Of a stretch of 64,000 bases of DNA, positions 53,191 to 64,000 are shown in pieces. The DNA is taken from assembly GCA_964016885.1 (NCBI GenBank), contig OZ024740.1:179428001-179492000 (forward strand), in the 5' to 3' direction. The DNA comes from Eledone cirrhosa (taxonomy: Eukaryota). The translations under genes were made by a program, and so were the position numbers. The stretch's first letter is position 1. Each line of letters starts with the position of its first letter. The notes below the pieces were generated by a model. It ran no database searches. It was not told the DNA's origin and saw only the letters and a list, made by a program, of their open reading frames with translations.

Positions 53191-53614
53191 TAATTGTTTC
53201 TACTTTTGACACAAGGCTAGCAATTACCCCAGTACATCACTGGTTTTATGTTATCGAACTTGTAAGGATGAAAGACAAAGTTAACCCCGGCGGGATTTGA
53301 AATCAGAGAGCAAAGGGCCGAAAACTGATTATTTTAATTTTTCTCTATTTAATCGGCATCGTCCTGAATATTTTATCATTCTATTTCGCCTATATAGGGC
53401 GGTAAATTAGCCATATCGATAGAGTGGCGAATAAAATGCTTTGGGACATTTAGTTACGACTTCTTTAGGTTCTAATTTCAAATCCCACCAAGGACAGCTT
53501 TGCTTTACAACCTTACGGCGGTGATGAAATATACCAGTAACACACTGGGCTCCTTTTAATTGATTTTCCGTCCCCTAAATTGTTTGGCCGTGTGCCTAAA
53601 TCAGAAACTATTAT
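53191..53614. mobile_element. Two diverged SINE family A copies, head-to-head (53191-53322 minus, 53396-53614 plus)
   Basis: Similarity to the family A body and tail. Confidence 0.75.
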
Positions 53615-55003
53615 TTTTTCACAAATATTTACATGTATTTTTTTTTTCTATAGAAGGAGGGGGATCAAATAACGCATTATTCATATCTTTGTAGGGGACA
53701 AATAGCTAGCCATACATCTCTCTTGCAACACTCGTTTATTTGAAAGTTATCCAATTTAATGTATTAAGAAATATTGAATTGTTACCTGCGAATGACGGCG
53801 TCAAGCGATTTGGAGTAATTATCTTTTAAGCGCCTAATACTATGACATTGCTGGACAATCCCTGACCTATCCAGATACATTAACGTTTTTCTACTGTAGA
53901 TTATCTTAGAAATACTTTGAGTTTCTCTAACCGTATAATTAATAATACTATAGTTTTTCCCCACTTAATTTTACATTTAAAGTTTAATCAGAACGAGATG
54001 GATAACATTCATAATACTATTTAGGACTCCAGTGCTTCATTGAAAGGAATGAGCAGCTTAAGGGAGCATGTTATTTTCGTGAAATAAGAGACCTGTTTTG
54101 AATGCTTACAACAGACACACAACCATGGGATATAGTGGTGTCATGCCGTTCGACAGATGTCTCTAACTACAAGAACAGAAACAGTACATTCGAGATGATT
54201 ACACCTCCCTAATATAACTCAAAAATATTTCGGCAAACGAAAAAGTAACATTCCTAATTTGTTATCTGGTCAGTTTGAACCTGAAACCACCGGGATGCAA
54301 AGAAAACTTCATAACGACGCAGCTATTTCTGCATTCAGAAAGACCCATGTATTTCATATGCACTGCCGAATTTAGCTTTCCCAAAATATAGGTTTCGTTA
54401 AAGCACAATCAAACACGCTACTTGGATTTAGCTAACAATATCCCGATAATTGATATTTAACCAATAAAATAAATATTACTAGAATTAGAAGTAAAACAAT
54501 CGAGTATAGTATGGAATAGTCTAGAATTTAATCAATTTGCTTTGTTACTGTCTCAGCCTTGGCTAATTGCGATTTAATTATAATCACAATCATGAAATAT
54601 AAATTAGTTAGAATTATCATCTATTTGTTTACAATGCCTCAACAGAAGGACTATTTTATTCCTTTTAAATAGATTAATTAGGAGAAAATAGTAAAAAGAA
54701 AATTTCTAAAATAGGGTTAGTATTTGTTTTCATTCTTTACATTGAAAATATGGAATGGTCAACTCTGCTACTGTTTTGTTTTATTAAGGGATATGGAGAG
54801 TTATGCTTAAAATGAATATTTTGTAAGAATAAGTCAGTTTTTAGTTAATATATTCTCTTTTTAAGTCAATGTTATTGAGGGTTATAGTTGGGGTCCATGC
54901 TGTATTAACTATGTTCTGGTTTCCCAAGAATATTTTAAGTAGTTGAAATCTTTCGACATTTAATTCCTACCATTTATAATTTATTTTTCTGTCGTCTCTA
55001 ACT

Positions 55004-55255
55004 GCCAATGACATATGCAGACACATGTAAAGCCAATGACATATGCAGACACATGTAAAGCCAATGACATATGCAGACACATGTAAAGCCAATGACATAT
55101 GCAGACACATGTAAAGCCAATGACATATGCAGACACATGTAAAGCCAATGACATATGCAGACACATGTAAAGCCAATGACATATGCAGACACATGTAAAG
55201 CCAATGACATATGCAGACACATGTAAAGCCAAAGACATATGAAGACACATGTAAA
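55004..55255. repeat. Minisatellite, 9 x 28 bp (GCCAATGACATATGCAGACACATGTAAA)
   Basis: 8 identical units and 1 with two substitutions; no spacers. Confidence 0.97.
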
Positions 55256-57149
55256 GCGAAAGAAAAGCAATAATGATAATAATTAGAAAAATATAAAGGA
55301 CATGAATAACAGCCAAAATTATGAACAACGCCAACCACAAAGAAACATTAAACAATTGAATTACGTCGATCAAAAACATAGCACCGGCAATATGTCAGCC
55401 ATTAAAAGGTGTTGTATTACAACATTGGTGAACAAGAAAACAGTGGTACGTAACGAATAGTATTGAAAAATATCTTTGTAAACAATCAATATGGATTCAT
55501 ATTTACATTCACAATGTGTAGTGTAGAATATAAATATATATGATGGGTAGAGAAACAACTTATAGAAGTAGGTTAGCATGACATAATATAAGCTGCCCAC
55601 AACATAAATTTATTGAGGATCTAAAGGAATTAAATGCCACAGCACAACATGTAAGTTTCAGAAATCATTTAGAGTAGTTTCCTTCCAACAGAAGTTGATG
55701 AGTGTAAATTTCAAGCATACTATAAAGATTGATATGCCATTTCTATCGAAATAAATTTCCGCGCAGATATAAAATGTTATGTTGCCAAATACATTAATAA
55801 TCTTTAATATCTACAGCAATATAATGTTCTGTTCAATACCAACAGGATTAGGTTCTGGGTTTTTGAAATTGTTAGGTGATTTTCAGTCGAGTAACTGTCA
55901 TGAGGCTTCGCCAACCACGCAACACACTCATACATACACACTCATACATACACATACATTTACACACGCACTCACACACATACACACAGGCTTGAATACT
56001 AATAGGACTTTTACGTTTCAAGATTTAATTCCATAACGATAGCATTTGCTCATAGTTTTCTTCCATAATTTTCTTCGGTGAAGTCGAATATTAGAGGAAC
56101 TTTATTTATTGAAAATAAATCGAACATTAGAATAAATACATCATTGTAATTAATTGGCGGAGAATTTTCAGAGTCATTAGAACGTGGGATTTAATGCCGT
56201 GTCTTAACTGATCCGGTTCTCTGCATCGCCTAACTTCACATCCTTCCCAGGAAAGAGAGGGATCTGATGTATTCCGACCTGATGAGAAGGTAGACTTCGC
56301 CAGGTGTAAAATGACCAAGATACACCATATATCACAATGGCGCCCATATCAATCATAAGGAGTGACAGCTCTATACATTTGTTGTTCAAGAGATATCATG
56401 GTGAGTAGAAGGAGGTAATGATGGAGGATTAGATTCGGAAATAGGTTCCAGAATATAGTAGAGATCATATGAGACTACGACGAACCAGCATTATCTTCTG
56501 ATCATATTCAAAATTATAATCTCTTGCATTTTCTTGCATTATTCATAATTACTCATTATAATATGTTATAAGATTTCTATATAATATATAATTCAGTCAA
56601 AATTTCAATAAATTGTTTTATAATTTATGTGTTCGTTTTATGATTATCATGGAAACATTTATTAGTAAATAATTCCAAATGTGGCTTTCGTATTCTGTAT
56701 GCGAAACTTAATGGGGAAACATAAAATTAAATATGAGAATGAAACAAAACATTCATAAAATTGGTGTATGAATATAGTGACAGTGAGAGAAACAGAGGGA
56801 GGGCGAGAGAGATATAGGGGGAACAAGAATTATACAGGTACATAGTATAAATAGTCTAATAGGTTGAGCATATAAGCCCCCTGGACAAGGATAAACTTTA
56901 TTGAAATCTTTTCCATTGCCAGGAATTTATATGCTCATCGTGGACTATTTTTCATAATTAAAAGTGTCGGAGGTACTAACTTTTTTTTACTATAAAGATT
57001 CGAAACCCCATACCCACGCGGTGGTTAAAACTATAAATTAATTTTAGAAATATATATATGCACAGATTCAAAGAGATCAGAGAAAATAACAAAATCGGAT
57101 AATGATCTCTGTCCCTGATTCCTCTTATACCGTGTACATTCATGTATGT

Positions 57150-57900
57150 CTCTGTATTTGAAAAAGTCGTTCATAATAGAAAGTACATTGCCACAACAGA
57201 GGTCTCACCATTCATATTTAGATCGGAGTCACCATTCCATCAAATCACTCCGTTCCATATCAGGTGGTCAGTGCCAACATATGCATTGAAGTCTCCCATC
57301 AGGATATATGATTCAGTCTTAAGTGCATCTAACGCTGCAGTGACTTCCTCAAGGAAAGACCTGTATTGGGACTTCTTATTTGGTGCATAAAATTGCATCA
57401 ATCACAAAGACATATATTTCAGCCTAAGCTTCAAAAGGCAAATCCTCTTACCTAACGGGATCCAGTCCATAACATATTCTGGCAGACAGGGGATTGAGAG
57501 TATGCACGCTTCCGTCTGTACAGTTATTTCTGGGCCACCAATGAATATGGCGTTTCCATCCTCCATCCAAAGATACAGTATCAGATTCACGGATCTTTGT
57601 TGAGGAAACCCCGACTGTACCTAGCCGGGGGCATCTAGCTTCCTCTACTCGTTCCTGCTCCAAACCTGTAAGAGTTGTCATATTCCAGGTTCCAACTGTT
57701 AAGGATTGCTCCCTTCCGGAGATTCATTCTGGTCTCGGGATACGCAATCCTTGTGCGTCGATCGCTTGCCTCCCAGGACACGTCGTAAGCCCATCGCCAC
57801 GTTTTGCGGCATGAAACGATGACTGCAAAATATTTTTCGGTCAGGCCCCTCTACCTAATGCCTGATGCGTTCGTTGTTAACCCGTGCGAGGGACGATGCG
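57150..57900 (-). mobile_element. RTE-clade LINE 5' portion (APE endonuclease)
   Basis: LTVGTWNMTTL..VGVSSTK, WIPLGKRICLLKL, YAPN..FLEEV..ILMGDFNAYVG. Confidence 0.85.
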
Positions 57901-57959
57901 GTATGTTTCCTTTCTGGTTTCCTTATTATTTTGCAGTTACAGTTGCAGTCTTATTCGCG

Positions 57960-59320
57960 CAAATCACTAGTTTGTTATTTTGTCAAATCCTCGAAGACGA
58001 GGCTTTTTTAGAAGAGGTTTTTACTCACCTCATGGTAGCTACAACACTGGGTTATGACAATTTTCTTGTGAACTGCAAGTAAAACCCATTGCACCATTTC
58101 CCAAAGAAAATTGCCGCTGTTGGTCCAGCAGTTACCACTTATATCACAACTAGCTATCCTATTTGTGATTATGTGCTGGATGCTCGTGTTAAGAGAGGGA
58201 CTGAGCTGTGAACAAATCACCATATAGTTACCTGCAACTGTAGACTACTTAATCCAAAGAAGCCCACGAAATTGGCAAGTCCAGGGTGAAATACAAGGAT
58301 AAGTTGCAAGCATTGGTGGATGAGGAAGTGATGAGCAGTTATGCAGATACTATTGCATCCAAATTCAGAGAAGTCCCTGAGCAAACTGAGGATGTTGAGA
58401 CAGAGTGAAAATAGTTTAGTGCAAAGTTTTCTGCTTTAGCTGGCGAAAGAGGCTTTTTGTGGTGCGGGTTAGCAGGAAGACAACTTGGTTCAATCAAGAG
58501 GACAAAGAGGAAATCCGAGCAAAGAAGGAGGCTTGGATATAAGTCCCCCTTTATGCACCTACAGGACCAGCAGACAAGAATAATCGCATCAGAGTCAGTA
58601 AAGGCATCGAAAGTTAAGACACCGGAAGGCTTTGGGTTTAAGATGGAATACGACTTTAGATCAGCAAAGAAAGTGTTCTGGCAGACCATCTGCTGACTTT
58701 GTAACGATAAGCCATCCTCCACACCTGCTCTCAAGAACGAGTCTAGGGTTCTCTCTTTATATATGTGCATCCTCGTAAGGTGAAGAGGATACTTTGCTGA
58801 TTACTTAAATCACATCATAATACCATTTTCTGATTTACACCGTGTGCATCTAGGAGCGGGAACTGATGTCTCAGAGACTGAGGTAACAAGAGCAGTTAAA
58901 TAACCCAAATGTGACAAGGCCTCTGGTTAAACTCATTAAACAGAGACGGGATTTTCTGGCTTAATCATTTGTGTGTGTGGCCTAGATCTCTAGAATGACA
59001 CCTAAGAAATGGCAATCGGTACTGATAATCTCAATTTTCGAAAAGGTAGACAAGAGAGATTGCTCCAATTACCGGGGGATCACCTTGTTATGTGGCCAGG
59101 ATCACCTTGCTATGTGTCCGGCAAAAAATGCAGGGAGATTGTTGAGTCCAAGCTAGCTTATGAACAATGCAGTTTTCTCCCCGGGTGGAGCACAGCCAAC
59201 TGCGGCAGGTCTTCGAGAAATCGAGGGTTATTGCCAAGAGGTATATTCTTGTTTTGTCGACCTTGAAAACACATATAACTGCATTCCTCTGGACCTACTG
59301 TGGAAGGTTCTGCTGTATCT
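57960..59320 (+). mobile_element. Degraded RTE-clade LINE (end of endonuclease, linker, start of RT)
   Basis: AFLEEV, FGFKMEYDFRSAKKVFWQTI, CREIVESKL..EQCSF, YSCFVDLENTY; related to 31630-32930. Confidence 0.8.
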
Positions 59321-59635
59321 ATTCCTTCAAAGGTCTATGTTGGATCCTATTAACTTAATTTAAACCGGCTAAACCATCACCAACCATGGTGATTAAAGTG
59401 TACGATAGCTTTGTGTGCTACATGTGGCCACTATCTGTCAAATCACCTGCGGCAATGTTAACAGCATGATATATTCCTGGGAACACAGAGTGAAAGACAT
59501 TGGTTGACCTAGAGCCAAATAAAAATAACAACAAAAACTAAGCAAAGTAATTATATTACGTTATCACTTCGACCTGCTATAATTAACACTCAGGTTTCTC
59601 TCAAATTATACCTTACCGTCTAGAATAAGAAATCT

Positions 59636-59685
59636 ACAACAACAACAACAACAACAACAACAACTACTACTACTACTACTACTAT

Positions 59686-59738
<53 letters not shown>
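59636..59738. repeat. (ACA)n-(CTA)n microsatellite
   Basis: Direct reading. Confidence 0.95.
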
Positions 59739-61789
59739 ACATAAACAACTATATCTGATGAAACAATTTAAATCATGAACATGACATCCATCAACATCAA
59801 ACGCTGACAACTGACAACATTCATCAAACACGTGACAACAGCCATTGGCAATAATTACGGGAAAACAATTTTCCTCGACATTAACAACAACAGGAACAAC
59901 AACGAGATCAACAAGGCACAATAACAAAAGGAATAAGATTCTCCAAAGCTAATTAAATGAATAGCAATGGCTGGTCATTAACACAGTCTCATTATATGCT
60001 AGAATCAATAACTAAACCTTGTTCATATAATAAACAAGCCTCTATAATAAAATGATACTTCAGTTAATGTAGCCCTAAATATTTAAGAATGAACTGATGA
60101 TCAGAGATGGAAAGCTCTTTGATGATGTGTTTGCTGGATCTGAGCTGTACTGGAGCTCAGCAATAACGAATCCAATAATAAAAAAAAATAAAAAGATAAT
60201 CCAAACTATTAATTAAATGACGCATCAAAGTATCACGTAGATCGCTCAGGTCATAGCGTATTTTATTTCTACTTCTTATATTGCATATGCTGAACATAAG
60301 TGAAGTTGCTATGTCACCAATAGTATGCCAACCATTGGTTCATTGAAGTCATAATGGAACGTCTGAAACCATTGTAGGAATAGTTACGACAAATATATTT
60401 CCATTTAATTCAAAGAGTAACGGATTAAGAGTATTCTCAATGGTATTTATATGATTTGCTTATATACATCTACTGGTATAGCATTTCCCTACAACCACAA
60501 TTCAAGACATAGGGCAATTAAATTATTTGGTTAAAGGTATTTGCCCAAGATTCCATGCATCGGGTGCCAAACTCGAAGGAGCGTCATTGCTTAGCGAAAT
60601 TCACTTCTTAACCTCATAAACGTGCTTCAGATAAAAGGTTACCCAATTAGTCCCCTTCCATAGTTTCAGAGATCCATTAGAAAAATATGAAATTTTGTTG
60701 TAGAAATTGACATTATTAATTGGCAGTAATGTGTGATACTTTCGGTATCAGTGTCCGTTGATACTAACGATTTATCTGGAAGTGTCGGCTACCATTAATT
60801 AAAACAAAACATCTCAAAATATCAATGTGTCCAATTCATAACTCTAGGAATTCCTATTCAAGTGATATTTTATTATTTGTTATTAAGAGTTACGTCAATC
60901 ATATTTCATTCATTTTTTATTATTTGTATATGTAGGTCTTTTCAGTTTTCTAAGTGAGAGAGAAACGTTGGAAGACTCCAGTATCAGATCTGCTATTTAT
61001 TTATTTATTTATTTATTGCATTATATTAGGTGATATTGAATTTCTAGATCTCATGTCGGCAGTCGACATCAAAAAGTAAAGAAAATACAGTCAGAGAAAA
61101 AATAAGTGAACAATATCTTACAGCAAGTGCCATCATCGCAAATTTATTGTTGATTTTGTGACAAATGATTCAACCGAAACATCGGAAGGAACCGCCAGAA
61201 ATACGGAACACACCCAACACAGCTCACAAGGAAGCACATTGAAAGCAACTTCGACAACGATGAAATACCGAGAATGTGTCTAAAATTATTAAAAATTACA
61301 TTTATTAAATGGTGTCAAAATTAATAACTTTTTTGTCAAAAAAAAATTTATAAATGAACTCAATATATGTCAGCAGCTGGTTCTTCAGAAGTTGGTAAGA
61401 TAAATACAAGTAATATATTGGTATGTATTAATGTTGCCAACATTGTTTAATTAATATTTTATGGGGTTGGCTGTCATGTTTGTAATGCAATCAAAGTGCT
61501 TATGTATGTGTGCCAATAACGTATCAGCAACGTTATAGAGTATACTGTTTCTTGCACTGAATATGAATATATATGTAGAATTGCGAGTATCTCGAAACCA
61601 TTCTCCTGAATGATGAACTGCAGTAGCTGAATTAAAGGCAAGAATTGCAGTAAGACGCCCGGATCAGCAATCGGTCATCAGATAAAATGACGTAGATGTA
61701 AAAGGCAAACTCACTCTCTTTAATTAGTCCCTATGGTCATTTTTCTTGTCTAATGACCGCGATAATACGATCGAGAATACAAGTGGGCG

Positions 61790-62110
61790 AAATCGGGTTC
61801 GTATGAAGTATCTTCGGAGTAACGATGCTTGATAGGGTACATAGCTCGAAGACAGGGAGTCGCTTCGGGCTGTGTCACTATATCTCCAAATTGAGGAAAG
61901 AATGATTGGAGAGATGTTAGGGGTTAAGCCAACAGTCAGGAGACCAAGTGGATGTCATCGAGCAAGATAGCTAGATAACATCTATGAGCTCGGTTGGTCA
62001 CGGCAGGGATCAATTCGGATTAATTGTAGACAGTTGCTTCTCAGAGCACCATCTATAAAACGTATCTGAGGACTCTCTCTCCACGAGCCTCCCAGGAATA
62101 CGCGGCGCAA
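61790..62110 (+). mobile_element. 3' fragment of RTE-clade LINE
   Basis: Similar to 32520-32860 (shared ATGAGCTCGG.TGGTC.CG and GTTGCTTCT..AGGACTCTC blocks). Confidence 0.65.
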
Positions 62111-64000
62111 AATAAGAACAAAACAGAAAAGAAGAGAAAACTTCATAATTGTTATAGACAAAGATCTCGATTAAGGAGATTCTTCTAGCATCTTATTAGG
62201 TTATACCACGAAAGAGGTCTGTCAACTTCAATCTTCCGACGTCTGTTTATCATGCTATCAAACCTCATCTTTCCTAGGCCGGTACATTAATTTTGTCTTC
62301 AAACGATGAATGGTGAACTTCACCTTGAGTGTTTTACACTCAGGACGTAGAGAACCGAAACAAATACCACAAACCATTACATCTGATGCTCTAATGGCTG
62401 ATAATTTGATGTATAATAATTAATTACTTAGCCTTAGCAGATCCTGCATGAAGCAGCAACATCTCTCTAATGACCATGTTCAGTTGCATCTCGCAAGATT
62501 TTATTCCAGTTCTTGTTGACGGGTTTGAGATTCCTGTTTATTGTCTGCCACCCGTTCATCCTTTTTCCTCCTCTTCTTCCCTTTTCCCTGGGGGTACCAA
62601 TACAGGATCTGGTTAGTAAGGCTTTCACTAGTAATTACAGTTCAATAGTATTCTGTGCTTTACCGACACTGTATGAGTCAACATCATGTTAATGACATAG
62701 AGCCTGCTGGGCTGGAATACAGTGAATAGACTGTTGTAGAAATGGACAAATGTAGTTCTAATTGAAGTATATAAAATGAGAAACATTAAGCTGAATAATT
62801 GTCAGTCCATTGATTTAACCTATCGCATGCAATCTTTGTCCGTTCAGTGAGACTTTCGTTAAAATTGTTTCTCTTCAAATACAGTTAATTAGTAGATACA
62901 TTTCTACCATTAGTAAACATGCATGTTTTTCAAGGTAATAGCATATATGGATATTACTATTGACGTAGTATATTGTGCGGAATCTTTATACACATATTGA
63001 ATATCATTTAGCAGGTGCGTGTATCTATAATTAGAGGAGCGCGATTTAGATATAAATTCTTGCGTACTATAGATTCATTAATAAATCCCGGTTTGAAAGG
63101 ATGTAAGCAGACCTACTTAAAAGTTGATGTTATTTTAATGTAATATTAACAAAATTAGAAGCATGTAATACATGTAACACATCATTTAACTGATGCATTC
63201 TAAAATCTATTATGTACGTAAACGATGAAACAACATGATAAATGAAAGTTTAGTTCTCAAATGGTTTGATCAATATAAATTTAAGAACAATATTTAATGA
63301 TCAGAAAGTTTGGAACTTCTGCGTAAAATTGAAGATCTTTTATTTTATGAATTTTATGTATAGAAGTTTCAAATGGCTGAGACCAACAGAAAATAAGGAC
63401 GGAATGGAAGCAGTCGAGGATGAACGAGACAAAAAAACAACAACAAAAAAAACAACAAGAATAAAAAAATAACCTGGACGGACGTGATGAGAGTTGTTCT
63501 CAATTATCTTAAGCTCATAATGGAGATAACGCAGGTACACGAGAAGTAGGTAGACGCTGAATAGGCTACCAGTCAAGAAACGTGGACGTAAAATGATTAT
63601 ATATATATATAAATAAATAGTGTAAACAAAGTTTCATACACTTAATATGCATATGCTACCAATGGTTTCAGGCTCCATTCAGGCACCACTGTATAATGCT
63701 GGAGGCACTTTTAAACTGGCACTTCATTCAGGCACGTGGACAGAAATATGAAATAGGGAATTTGTTATCTCTAGGAAGATACTCCATCGTAAATTTGTGG
63801 ATGTTTATTTGAAGCAGGAGAGGTTGTTCTGGAGTGAAGTTTGTTTGTATACAAATTTATCAATTTCTAGGGCTATTCTGTCCACGGATTGTAACAATCA
63901 ATGACACTGCCATTCAATCGCTTACATATCGGTTCTTAAAGTTGGTGAACTGCCTCCTCTCTTATACAGTGGTGGCCGTGACTGGAAACCGAAATTATAT

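Noticed and set aside
55004-55255. CRISPR-like 28-bp repeat array
   Set aside because: Units are directly adjacent with no unique spacers, there are no cas genes, and the context is eukaryotic; it is a minisatellite
54967-55379. Hydrophobic 123-132 aa ORFs
   Set aside because: Mostly produced by the stop-free 28-bp minisatellite; open in all three frames
56276-56310. CUGAUGA followed by a GAAG/CUUC hairpin
   Set aside because: No GAAA or stem III follows; not a hammerhead
60090-60125. CUGAUGA..GAAAGCUCUU hammerhead-like string
   Set aside because: Stem I does not pair and stem II is only 2 bp

Overview
AT-rich, microsatellite-dense eukaryotic (animal) genomic DNA. The abundant tRNA-derived SINE resembles those of octopod cephalopods, which is an inference from memory and not a database result. 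I found no convincing intact host gene; the window is dominated by degraded and nested transposable elements. These include: at least 5 Penelope-like elements (PLEs; RT + C-terminal GIY-YIG) with direct/inverted pseudo-LTRs; about 7 families of type I hammerhead ribozyme motifs, several with non-canonical cores; several small fold-back pLTR-like elements inside (TA)n tracts; two Helitrons, one nested in the other; R4/Dong-like and RTE-like LINEs; a mariner remnant; a MITE; two SINE families; and a 28-bp minisatellite. The most notable observations are: (i) an unclassified, terminally redundant 560-595 bp non-coding unit with conserved hairpins and no recognisable ribozyme; (ii) adjacent spliced and unspliced copies of a PLE 3' region differing by a precise 716-nt GT-AG intron; (iii) a perfect 373-bp palindrome carrying a hammerhead on each strand; (iv) recurrent U4C/U4A and U-U stem II hammerhead variants. 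All coordinates were read by eye and element boundaries are approximate.
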